Of a stretch of 64,000 nt of DNA, positions 1 through 9,061 are shown piece by piece. The translations under genes and the position numbers were made by a program. Under the pieces are notes generated by a model that was not told the DNA's origin, ran no database searches, and saw nothing but the letters and a program-made list of their open reading frames with translations. The stretch spans positions 992,001-1,056,000 of the forward strand of contig CAWIAD010000001.1 in NCBI GenBank assembly GCA_963833985.1, in the 5' to 3' direction. Source of the DNA: an uncultured Planctomycetaceae bacterium. GTDB taxonomy: Bacteria; Planctomycetota; Planctomycetia; Isosphaerales; Isosphaeraceae. Each line of letters starts with the position of its first letter. Position 1 is the stretch's first letter.

Positions 1-2
1 TG

Positions 3-1238
3 CAAACCGGCTGGACCCAGACGCAGCCGGTCAACCCTGGGTACTACCAGTTCTCCACGAAGAGTGGCACGAACCTCACGGGGCTGAACTTCGGTAACTA
101 TCTTGCCGCCTCGATCACCGTTTCCGGAAACGTCTACAACGACCTGAACGGCAACGGGATCTCGAATCCCGGCGAGCCCGGTCTCTCCGGCTGGACCGTC
201 AACCTTGAGGATAGCAGTGGCAATGTGCTCGCTTCGAGCGTGACGGACGCCAACGGCAACTACACGTTCAGCGGACTGGGAATCGGCTCGTTCCAGGTGG
301 CCGAGGTCGTGCAGACCAACTGGGTTCAGACCCAGCCCTCCTACCCGACCTCTTACTCGTTCACGACCAAGCCGGGGATGAACCTGAACGGGCTTACCTT
401 CGGCGACTACTTCGCGAACGCGTTTTCGCCCACGTCGGTCATCGACAATGGCCAGAGCGGCTATACCGAGACCGGCACCTGGAAGACCGCCACCGGCGGC
501 TTCAACGGCAACAACCGGACCGCATCGGTCGTGCATTCCGGCAAGGGAACGGCCAAGGCCACCTGGGCCTTCACCGTCACGCCCGGCGCCACGTACGCGG
601 TCTACCTGACCTTCGCGGGCAAGAGCAATTACGCTCAGTCCGCACCGTTTACGGTCTACGACGGCACCACGTCGCTGGGGACCATGTTCATAGACGAGTC
701 CATCCTGGTCACCCAGGCCCAGGGCGGGTTCACTGAGGGCAGCTACGGCGGTGTGGGCTGGATCGACATCGGCAGCTACACTCCTAGCGGCAGCTCGCTG
801 AACGTGGTCCTGAGCAACCTGATCGCCAGCGGCGGAGGCAGCCTGGTGGATGCCGACGGCGTGGCGATCGTTCAGACCAGCACCGGTGCCGGCCCCAACC
901 TCGCGTCGCTGCCGCCAGGCTCCAGCAGCAGCAACGGTACCTCCGCCGGTCCCGTCGGCATGGCCGCACTCGACCTCAGCACGGGCTCGACGCCGACTGG
1001 CACCAGCGGCAAGAGCACCACTCCGGTCGTCATTCTCAGCGGTGTGTCGCAGGCAGCACCCTTGACTGTGGTCTACTCCCAGGGCACGCAGCCGGTCGTG
1101 AACCAGGCGGCTCCCACCGTGGTCGACGCGGTGCTCGGGCTGACAAACGGCGACGGCGGCACCAGCGGCTCGACGTCCACCGGCAACATCGCTGCACTGG
1201 CGAAGGCGCTCCTGTCCGGTAAGAAGGCCTCCGCGTGA
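3..1238 (+). CDS. C-terminal part (5' truncated by window edge) of a large surface protein with SdrD-B-like repeats, a golvesin/xanthan-lyase-C-like domain and a Ser/Thr/Gly-rich tail
   Basis: Frame is open from base 3 (QTGWTQTQP...SGNVYNDLNGNG...GEPGLSGWTVNLEDSSGNVLASSVTDANGNYTFSGL), typical of SdrD-B repeats; followed by IDNGQSGYTETGTW...ATWAF...VDADGV. Confidence 0.8.
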   Translation, partial: QTGWTQTQPVNPGYYQFSTKSGTNLTGLNFGNYLAASITVSGNVYNDLNGNGISNPGEPGLSGWTVNLEDSSGNVLASSVTDANGNYTFSGLGIGSFQVAEVVQTNWVQTQPSYPTSYSFTTKPGMNLNGLTFGDYFANAFSPTSVIDNGQSGYTETGTWKTATGGFNGNNRTASVVHSGKGTAKATWAFTVTPGATYAVYLTFAGKSNYAQSAPFTVYDGTTSLGTMFIDESILVTQAQGGFTEGSYGGVGWIDIGSYTPSGSSLNVVLSNLIASGGGSLVDADGVAIVQTSTGAGPNLASLPPGSSSSNGTSAGPVGMAALDLSTGSTPTGTSGKSTTPVVILSGVSQAAPLTVVYSQGTQPVVNQAAPTVVDAVLGLTNGDGGTSGSTSTGNIAALAKALLSGKKASA

Positions 1239-1285
1239 TGCGGTTTCCGGCCAGGCTCGTCCAGGCCTGATCTCGAATGTGTTGC

Positions 1286-1324
1286 AACCCGGCCCATCCG
1301 CTGATCTGATGGGCCGGGTTTTTT
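1286..1324 (+). terminator. Rho-independent terminator
   Basis: 13-bp perfect stem AACCCGGCCCATC/GATGGGCCGGGTT followed by a T-run, just after the stop at 1238. Confidence 0.85.
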
Positions 1325-1382
1325 CGTTTGCGCACCGGGCCGCCGACCGGGGCTGACTTCCTGCCGTGCGGGACATACCTCA

Positions 1383-2054
1383 ATGCAACCTCTGGCCGAG
1401 GACGTCGAGCTGCTGGACGGCTTTCCCCGCTACGCCTTCAACGTCTATGTGATGGGCGGCGTGCTGATCGACGCGGGAACACGGTTTGACCACTCACGGA
1501 TCTTGCGTCAGGTGCGCGGACGCAGGCTCAAGGCACACGCCCTGACGCATGCCCATCCCGACCACCAGGGGGCCAGTCACGCACTTTGCGACGAGCTCGG
1601 GCTGCCGCTCTGGTGCGGCGCGGCCGACGCGGATGCCATGGAGACCGCGGGCGAGATCATGGCGCGGCTGCCCCGCCACTGGCTGACCCGCGCCGTGGGC
1701 CCGCACTGGACGGGTCCTCCTCACCCGGTGGCGCGGCGGCTCCAGGAAGGTGACGAGGTTGGTGGTTTTCGCGTGCTTGAAACGCCCGGCCACACGATCG
1801 GCCATATTTCCTTCTGGCGCGAGACGGACCGCACCCTGGTACTGGGCGATGTCCTGGCAAACATCCACATCTACTCGGGCCTGCGGCAACTGCGCGAGCC
1901 GCAGAGCTTCTTCTCCGTCGACCCAGTCCGGAACAGGCGCTCGGCTGTGCGTCTGGCGGAGCTGGAGCCGCGGCTGGTCTGCTTCGGCCACGGTCCGCCA
2001 GTGCGTGACCCGCGACGGCTGCTCGATTTCGTGCGCCGGTTCCCGGCGGAATGA
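1383..2054 (+). CDS. MBL-fold metallo-hydrolase
   Basis: LIDAG, THAHPDHQG (HxHxDH), TPGHTIGH, LGD and FGHG motifs. Confidence 0.9.
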   Translation: MQPLAEDVELLDGFPRYAFNVYVMGGVLIDAGTRFDHSRILRQVRGRRLKAHALTHAHPDHQGASHALCDELGLPLWCGAADADAMETAGEIMARLPRHWLTRAVGPHWTGPPHPVARRLQEGDEVGGFRVLETPGHTIGHISFWRETDRTLVLGDVLANIHIYSGLRQLREPQSFFSVDPVRNRRSAVRLAELEPRLVCFGHGPPVRDPRRLLDFVRRFPAE

Positions 2055-2141
2055 TCCCAGGTTTTCGACAAGGATCCACCAAACTCTTATGATGCGGGAG
2101 CTTTCTGGCTCACCCCGCACGAACTCTTGGAGACGGGATCG

Positions 2142-3059
2142 ATGACCCGGACGATGCAACATTTAGGTTCTCTTGTCATGCTTGCCGCGCTCCTGGCTCC
2201 GGTATCGGCGTTCGCCTGGAACCCCACGGGCCACCGGGTGATCGTGTCGATCGCCTATCGCCAGCTCGACGAATCGACATGGCAGAAACTGGGTGCACTT
2301 CTGCGGAACCATCCCGCAGCCGCGCAGCTCTGGACGAACCGCGCGTCGAACGGCCCGGACGAGGTCCTCAACCTGCTCTGGAACGCGTCGGTCTTCCCCG
2401 ACGAGGCCCGCCGCCCGCCCTGGGACAGGTACAATCATCCCAAGGCGCATTATGTGAACTACCGGATCCTGAGCGATCAGGGCAATACCGTCGCGCCGCC
2501 CCTGCCCGACGAGAACGTGCTCGACTCTTACGTCGACCATTGCAAGGCAATGGGGGGCACGCAGACGCCGGCTGCGGAGCAGGCGCTTCACCTCTCGTGG
2601 ATCCTGCACCAGGCGAGCGACATCCACCAGCCTTTGCACGCGGTGGCCCGATTCTCGAAGGCACTGCCGCATGGAGATCGCGGGGGCAACGAGGTGCACC
2701 TGCCGAATCCGCGAGGGTTGACCGAGCGGAGCAACAACCTGCACGCCTACTGGGACGACCTACTGGGCAACCACGAGGACCCCGCGGCGACGGCGAAGCT
2801 CGCGGACCAGATCATGGCCGAGAACCCGCGCACGGAGTTCTCCGACGACCTGAAGAAAAAAGGGATCCGCGACTGGGCCGAGGAGAGCGTGCAGACCTGC
2901 CTCGCGACCGTCTACCAGGGGCTCGACCCCGAGACGCCCCACCTGCCGGCCGCTCCCGCCGGATACGACGACGAGGCCGTGAAGGTCGGCCGCAAGCGGA
3001 TCGCGCTTGCCGGATATCGCCTGGCCGAGGAGCTGAAACGGCTGCTCGCCGACCGGTGA
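2142..3059 (+). CDS. Secreted S1/P1 nuclease
   Basis: Signal peptide ending AFA followed by WNPTGHRVIVSIA; DIHQPLH, GDRGGN, NLHAYWD and ALAGYRLA motifs. Confidence 0.9.
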   Translation: MTRTMQHLGSLVMLAALLAPVSAFAWNPTGHRVIVSIAYRQLDESTWQKLGALLRNHPAAAQLWTNRASNGPDEVLNLLWNASVFPDEARRPPWDRYNHPKAHYVNYRILSDQGNTVAPPLPDENVLDSYVDHCKAMGGTQTPAAEQALHLSWILHQASDIHQPLHAVARFSKALPHGDRGGNEVHLPNPRGLTERSNNLHAYWDDLLGNHEDPAATAKLADQIMAENPRTEFSDDLKKKGIRDWAEESVQTCLATVYQGLDPETPHLPAAPAGYDDEAVKVGRKRIALAGYRLAEELKRLLADR

Positions 3060-3196
3060 TCGCCCGGCGCCCGAACCTCGCGCACGTGCAAACTCCCACG
3101 CTCAGACCGCCCTTGCGAACTCCTGTCGACGAGCGTAACATCGGCTTTTACATTTGTCGTCCATTCTCGGCTAAAGCACCAATTGCGGGGGAGATC

Positions 3197-4816
3197 ATGG
3201 TCCAGGCCGATTGGCGCAGGGCAAGAGCCTGCTGGATTCTGGCTTTGCTCGCGGCACTTTCGTGGACGGCACGGTTGCCGGGCGGCGAGGGCGAGCAGGC
3301 TGCGCCGCCGATCCTTCCCGGCGCGGTCACGGAGCCTCCGGACTGGATCGGCAAGGACGCGCCGATCGATGTCGCCGCGTTCTTCGCCGCGCCGCCGACC
3401 GATCAGAACGCCGCAGTGCTTTATCTCGATGCGCTCTTCGAGTTCAGCCCCAGGCTTGCGGTCTGCTTTCACGCGGGACCCGAGCGGGAGAAACGCCTCC
3501 GTGCCGTCCAGGAGCGCTGGCAGAAACTGAGCCCCATGCTCCAGGCGCTGCGAAAAGACCCGACGAGCGTGACCGGGGAGATGATCGATGCCGTGCTCGC
3601 CCCGTTCGATGAGGGATTCCGCAAGCTCGCCCAGGCGCAGGAGCCACCGCGCTGCGTCTTCCAGACGGGCCTGGGCGTCACCGCGCTCTACCCCCACCTG
3701 GATGGGATCTCTTCGTTTCGCACTGTTGCCGTCCTGCGGATTCGCCGCGAGCGGGAACAGGGAAACCTGAACCGCTGCCTGCACGAGCTGGGACGATTGC
3801 TGCGCGTGGGTCGTGACATTCTGCCTCGGGGCGGACAGTACGCCATACTGGCCTGGACCGCGGTGGTCCGCCCCGCCGTCGAGGAGGTGGTCGTTCCCTT
3901 GCTCGCGCATCCCGATTTCACGGTCGCCCATTGCGACCGCCTGCTGGCCCTGCTGGCCGAGCATGAGAGCCAGTGCCGCGACGTCGATGCCGGGCTCCTC
4001 CGCGCGGAGCACCTGTTCAGCCGGGCCACCCTGCGCGACCTGGTCCGGCACCAGGACCAGACCCGCGCGGTGCTCAAAGCTCGGGGATGGGACCTCAAGT
4101 CCTCGCTCACGGCCGCGGTCGCCGAGCCGCAGATGACCCTCCTTGCCGGAAATGGGCCGTTTCCGCAGCCGACCGCACTCGACCAGCTCAAGAACCTGGC
4201 CGCCCGGCTCACCTCGCTGCACCAGACGCAGGACCTCGACGCGCGGATGGCACGGATGACCCCCGAGGAGCTCGACGGCCAGGAGAGAAAGATCGATGCC
4301 TTCTACCGCCGCGAGCTCGAGCAGGCGGCGCTCTTCTCCAACGCACGGCTCCGGCGAACCGCGAAGCCCGATCCTGCCATCGATGCGCCTGACCTTTTTA
4401 CGCGCGTGACCAGAGGAATCATCGATGCACCCTCGCTGCGCAACAGCATGGAGATCATCGCCTGCGACAAGGCCATGCTCCGCGACGCCCTGGCGCTTGT
4501 GGCCATCCGACACTGGCAGTTGCGGCACGCCGATGCCTTGCCTTCCTCACTGGCGGAAGCCTGCCGCGATGCGGGCATGCCGGCCGTGCCCGCTGATCCC
4601 TACGACGGCAAGCCGCTCCGTATGACCTTGATCAATGGCCAGACCGTGGTCTACTGCCTGGGGAAGGACGGCCGGGACGATCGCGGGCAAAGAGCCGCCC
4701 TGCGCGCGCACAACGACGGCGACGTCCTGCTGCGCATGCCCGCGGTCGCCGTGCCGGTGCAGCCCGCCGTGCCGGGGCCCGCGGCGCAAGGCGACACGGC
4801 CGCTCACGGGAAGTAG
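3197..4816 (+). CDS. Secreted helical hypothetical protein with a GspG-C-like terminal motif (planctomycete type)
   Basis: ATG 3197 after GGGGAG, signal-like N-terminus; C-terminal LP.SL...P.DPYDGKPLR...VYCLGKDGRDDRG. Confidence 0.7.
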   Translation: MVQADWRRARACWILALLAALSWTARLPGGEGEQAAPPILPGAVTEPPDWIGKDAPIDVAAFFAAPPTDQNAAVLYLDALFEFSPRLAVCFHAGPEREKRLRAVQERWQKLSPMLQALRKDPTSVTGEMIDAVLAPFDEGFRKLAQAQEPPRCVFQTGLGVTALYPHLDGISSFRTVAVLRIRREREQGNLNRCLHELGRLLRVGRDILPRGGQYAILAWTAVVRPAVEEVVVPLLAHPDFTVAHCDRLLALLAEHESQCRDVDAGLLRAEHLFSRATLRDLVRHQDQTRAVLKARGWDLKSSLTAAVAEPQMTLLAGNGPFPQPTALDQLKNLAARLTSLHQTQDLDARMARMTPEELDGQERKIDAFYRRELEQAALFSNARLRRTAKPDPAIDAPDLFTRVTRGIIDAPSLRNSMEIIACDKAMLRDALALVAIRHWQLRHADALPSSLAEACRDAGMPAVPADPYDGKPLRMTLINGQTVVYCLGKDGRDDRGQRAALRAHNDGDVLLRMPAVAVPVQPAVPGPAAQGDTAAHGK

Positions 4817-5480
4817 TGCGGAACCTCCTCGATCACATCATCAGGGCGGGCAAGCCGTCCCCTGGCGTTCGGCCAGGGGACGCCGCCTGCGCATGACGCT
4901 CCTCCGTCACATCGAATGAATTCAGAGATGGAGAGATTTCGAGTTTTTTCCTTGACTCAGCCCCACGCTTGCCCGATAACCCCAGTTGCAAGTGTAAGAG
5001 GCGGGGCATGGCGTCAGTTTTGTGAGTCACGTAATCATCGGTCCGGATGCAATTCTTCCACGGGCCTCCTGCTCATGACCTTGTCGTACCCTGCGTGGCT
5101 TCATGACCGTCACGCTCGGACGTCCTGGTTTCCGGATGATCAGGGCGGGTCTCGAAGGTAAGTCTGCATCGGGAGCTTGCACCAAGGCGCACGCGGAATT
5201 GATGGCCCGGCACTTCCAGGATGGGTCGTCACGTCATGGCCGTGATCCTGCTGCTGATGGTGCGCTGGCACGCTTCCGGTGAGCCATTACTTTCAAGTTC
5301 GCGTTTCTTGCGGCTTCGATTATTACGTCACAAATCAGGCTGCGATCTTGACCTGAACACAGCATGACTCTTGCCGCTCGCTTGCCTGGAGTTCCTGAGT
5401 TTTTCCCTTTGATTCGCAGGTACTTCACGCCAGCCGAGGGTTCCTTGCATCTTCATCGTTTTCCTCGAGGAGTGACAAGT

Positions 5481-6632
5481 ATGATTCGGAGAGTTCGGGG
5501 TTTTACCCTGATCGAGCTGCTCGTGGTGATTGCTATCATCGCCGTTCTTATCTCGCTGCTACTGCCGGCTGTTCAGTCCGCGCGTGAAGCAGCCCGGCGC
5601 GCGCAGTGCACCAACAACCTCAAGCAGGTCGGTCTGGCGATGCACAACTACGTGAGCGCCAACGATGCGTTGCCGCCGGTGTGCGTGGACCAGCAGTGGA
5701 ACAGCGCAAACACCGCGCTGCCGCAGCCGCACCAGAACTGGTCGCAGCATGCACGGCTCTTGCCGTACATGGAGCAGGTGGCCGTTTACAATTCGATCAA
5801 CTGGAATTTCGGTTCGCGTTGGAGCGACGGCGATACCGTCTACACGGTGTCGACAGCGCTGAACCCCACCAACGACAGCGGCAACGACAGCATGCCCCAG
5901 GCGACCGTGATCGTCACCCAGATCAGCTCGTTCCTGTGCCCGTCGGACACCAATCGCGGCTCGTCGTCGCAGTTTGCCCCCGGGGGCATCTCCAAGTTCT
6001 GCGGCAGCTTCAGCTACCCCGCAAACATCGGCCTGAATCGGCGGATCACCGGCAACACGCTGGGCATGACCCCGACCGATTCCAGCTGGAAGCTGAACGG
6101 CCCGAATTACGTGGCCAGTAGCTGGGATAACGCCGTGAACGGGACCACCAGCCTGACCACTTTCCAGGACGGCACCAGCAACACGGCCATCTTCAGCGAG
6201 TGGATCAACGGTACCGCGACCGGCAACCCGCCGCCCAAGCAGGGTCTGGCGATCTGTTACAATTTCGTCCCGTCGACGGCCTCCAACGGCTACCCATCGG
6301 ACCTTCAGTTCAAGCAGGTCTGCGACCAGACGCCGCTCCTGTCTGCAAACTACAACTGGGGCTGGAAGGGCGAATGGTGGGTCTCTGGCGGCACTTGCAT
6401 CTACTCGCACACCGAGACCCCGAACCGCACTTCCTGCGTCTATAGCGATATCGGACAGGATAGCCGCGGAACCATCACCGCCGTCTCCGCTAGCTCAAAC
6501 CATCCGGGCGGCGTGAACGTGCTGTTCATGGACGGCTCGGTGCGGTTCATCAAGAGCTCGGTGAGCTACCAGGCCTGGTACGCCATCGCCACTCCGAATT
6601 ACGGTGAAGTCGTCAGCGCCGACTCGTACTGA
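5481..6632 (+). CDS. DUF1559 prepilin-type N-terminal cleavage/methylation protein with H-X9-DG motif
   Basis: [73 protein letters not shown]. Confidence 0.95.
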   Translation: MIRRVRGFTLIELLVVIAIIAVLISLLLPAVQSAREAARRAQCTNNLKQVGLAMHNYVSANDALPPVCVDQQWNSANTALPQPHQNWSQHARLLPYMEQVAVYNSINWNFGSRWSDGDTVYTVSTALNPTNDSGNDSMPQATVIVTQISSFLCPSDTNRGSSSQFAPGGISKFCGSFSYPANIGLNRRITGNTLGMTPTDSSWKLNGPNYVASSWDNAVNGTTSLTTFQDGTSNTAIFSEWINGTATGNPPPKQGLAICYNFVPSTASNGYPSDLQFKQVCDQTPLLSANYNWGWKGEWWVSGGTCIYSHTETPNRTSCVYSDIGQDSRGTITAVSASSNHPGGVNVLFMDGSVRFIKSSVSYQAWYAIATPNYGEVVSADSY

Positions 6633-6655
6633 GCCGGCCCCATTTGCTCCGCCGA

Positions 6656-6702
6656 GGCAGCCGCCGGTCCCGGTTCTCCGGGTGTCGGCGGCTGCTTTTT
6701 TT
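6656..6702 (+). terminator. Rho-independent terminator
   Basis: GCAGCCGCCG/CGGCGGCTGC stem followed by TTTTTTT. Confidence 0.8.
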
Positions 6703-6959
6703 GTCCGCCGAAGACGCGATGTGTCCAGGAAGCCCGACTGCGAGCGCTTGCTTGAGCGCGAATTGAAGCGTAAATTGCGCCTCCTGTCGCTTTTCAGACT
6801 CGCCATGTCGCAGTTTGTGAACAGGGATTGTTCCCCTGCGCACGCACTGCCAAGATGTGGCCATCCGTATAGAATTGACGACAGCACAGTAGCCGTGCCT
6901 GACCTGGCACGTGGAAATGTTCCTCTCAGGGCGCGAGCGACGGGCGAAGGAGTGCTTGG

Positions 6960-8096
6960 ATGGCGTACCCCATGAGTGGACTTCGGGTGGCTTGGTCGGC
7001 TCTATTGATTTTGCTGGCTACACGCGCGGTGGAGGCCGGTCCGCTGGACCCGAATGCTTTCGCGCTTTCCGGATTGGGGGTGCTGCCGGGTCTCGCGGGC
7101 ACGTACACGATCAACACCACGGGCATACCCACCATCACGGGTCCGGGCGGCACGCTCATTTTCGGACAGATCTACACCGACGCACCGGGACACCAGCTTG
7201 CCGTCTTCGATTTCAGCTCGATCCAGATTGGAGCGAACCAGGTCTTCGATGCCTCGGGCAACCTGCCGCTGGTCCTGCTGTCGCGGGGAGACGCAACCAT
7301 CGCGGGCACGGTGAACGCGAGCGCTCAGAGCTTTCAGGCCGGTCCCGGCGGTGGCTCTGCCGCCACGCCCGGTCCGGGAGCGGGGAATTACATCTTCGCG
7401 GGAGGAAGCGGAGGCGGCTTCGGCGGGGCAGGGGGATCGAGCGGAGTTTATCAACCCGTGGGCTTTGGTCCCGGAAGCCCGCCATTGCCTCCACCAATCC
7501 CCTCGCTCCCTGGAGGAAACGCCTATGGCGACCTTACGAAGGTCCTTCAAGGCGGAAGCGCCGGCGGCGGTGGCGCGGCCGCGGGGGGCGGTGCCGTCGA
7601 GATCGGCGCTGTGGGGACGCTCGACTTCTTGAACGGCGGTCGCATTCTGGCCAACGGTGGGGGCATCGCTAACTTCCTGGGTGGAGGAAGCGGGGGCGGC
7701 ATTTTCCTGCACGCCGGCATCCTCGATCTGGATGGCTTGCTGCAGGCCAACGGCGGAGAAGGTGGAGTGGGCGGTATCATCGGGGGCCCCGGCGGAGGGG
7801 CTGGCGGGGGCGGGGGCGGGGGCGGGGGCGGTCGAATCCTGCTGGAGTACGGTTCCACCCTCGCAGACTCCAGCGCCGGCATTCAGGCCTTCGGCGGTCG
7901 GGGAGGCGGTACCGAAGGGCTCTACAATAACGGCGCCGGGATCACGTCCGGCTACAACGGACTGCTCACCGTCGGGACGTTCGGCGGCCCATTCACCACG
8001 ACCGTGTTGCCTGAACCCCCGTCCTACCTTCTCGGCACAATCGCGGCCGCCGTCCTGCTGTGCGCGAAACGGATCGTTTATCGCAAGCGAAGGTAG
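6960..8096 (+). CDS. Glycine-rich PEP-CTERM surface protein
   Basis: Signal peptide (VEA), GGGxGG-rich body, C-terminal LPEPPSY + hydrophobic helix + KRIVYRKRR. Confidence 0.8.
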   Translation: MAYPMSGLRVAWSALLILLATRAVEAGPLDPNAFALSGLGVLPGLAGTYTINTTGIPTITGPGGTLIFGQIYTDAPGHQLAVFDFSSIQIGANQVFDASGNLPLVLLSRGDATIAGTVNASAQSFQAGPGGGSAATPGPGAGNYIFAGGSGGGFGGAGGSSGVYQPVGFGPGSPPLPPPIPSLPGGNAYGDLTKVLQGGSAGGGGAAAGGGAVEIGAVGTLDFLNGGRILANGGGIANFLGGGSGGGIFLHAGILDLDGLLQANGGEGGVGGIIGGPGGGAGGGGGGGGGGRILLEYGSTLADSSAGIQAFGGRGGGTEGLYNNGAGITSGYNGLLTVGTFGGPFTTTVLPEPPSYLLGTIAAAVLLCAKRIVYRKRR

Positions 8097-8135
8097 ATGC
8101 CCCTCACGCGTCGGACACGAGCCGCGACCGTTTCA

Positions 8136-8819
8136 TCAATACCCGAGGTGATAAACCACCTCGTGCGTTTCGGGGACAATGACGTCTGTGGAGAGGTAGC
8201 TGTAGACGTAGGCATACCCCGGCCCGCCGTCGATGTGATTTTGACCGCCAAACGAGAAGACCAGCGTCGCTCCCGTGCCGCCAGTCAGCTGATTGTGGCC
8301 CGCAAACGCGATCATCGTGTCGTAGCCGCTTCCGCCGTTCAGGATGTTCGTCCCCGTACCGCACGCCTCAAGGACCTCGGTGCCCGACCCCGCGTTGAGG
8401 ATCTCGGTTCCGCTCCCCGTGGCGATCAGGTAATCGAGGCTCGACCCGCCGTTGAGCACGTTGTTACCCGATCCGCCGTAAAGGTAACCAGTCAGCGCGG
8501 TGTTGTTGCTGAAGACGTTGCTGCCGCTTCCTCCCTGGTAAAAGACGGAGGAAACCTGGGAGAGAGGAAATGCCACGGTGTCGCTGCCCTGAGCATTGGC
8601 CATCTTCACAACGACCGACCCACTTTGAACGCTCACCGAACCGGTGTCGCCCAGGTTGGTCCCGAGGATCCGGATCATCCCGCTGGAGAGTGTGATGCTT
8701 GCCCCTGAACCGGTCAGCATCGACCTGGTCTCCAGCCTCTCAACGCTGGTGGGAAACTCACGACGGCCGCGAGCTGTCTCGCGGCAAGTGCGACGATAGT
8801 CCGTTCGAAGCCATGACAT
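8136..8819 (-). CDS. Small extracellular protein with planctomycete LE.R.LL-type motif and RTX/hemolysin-like nonapeptide repeats
   Basis: ATG at 8819 after a GGAGGAG RBS; VERLETRSML; GGSGSNVFS, GGSGNNVLN, GGSGYDTMI repeats. Confidence 0.75.
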   Translation of the reverse strand: MSWLRTDYRRTCRETARGRREFPTSVERLETRSMLTGSGASITLSSGMIRILGTNLGDTGSVSVQSGSVVVKMANAQGSDTVAFPLSQVSSVFYQGGSGSNVFSNNTALTGYLYGGSGNNVLNGGSSLDYLIATGSGTEILNAGSGTEVLEACGTGTNILNGGSGYDTMIAFAGHNQLTGGTGATLVFSFGGQNHIDGGPGYAYVYSYLSTDVIVPETHEVVYHLGY

Positions 8820-9061
8820 CGCTCTCTCCTCCTTCATTGATTCCGGCCATTGGAATCTGGCAACTATCGGCGTCGTCACGGGCGCCTTCACCCCTGGACG
8901 CGGCCCGACAACGCTCAGCGCGTGGCCCGCCGAGCCGTCCGATGCAAGCGTAGAACACAACCGGCGGCAAGTGGCCGGAACCGCGGATACGAGACAGGCA
9001 ACCACGAGAAGGGAAAAAAGCGCGTCGTGCCTCCCCGGTCGTTTTTGCTGTCCTGCGTGGC

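Noticed and set aside
2279..3196. 845-aa version of the ORF ending at 4816
   Set aside because: The N-terminal extension overlaps the S1/P1 nuclease in another frame and is low-complexity Arg/Pro/Gly; ATG 3197 has an RBS and signal peptide
6904..6920. Sigma54 promoters upstream of PEP-CTERM/DUF1559 genes (TGGCAC at about 5267, 6905, 19430)
   Set aside because: None has GC at the required GG-N10-GC spacing
7790..7832. GGCGGG tandem repeat as a contingency locus or G-quadruplex
   Set aside because: Explained by poly-glycine coding in the PEP-CTERM protein; the 6-nt unit keeps the frame
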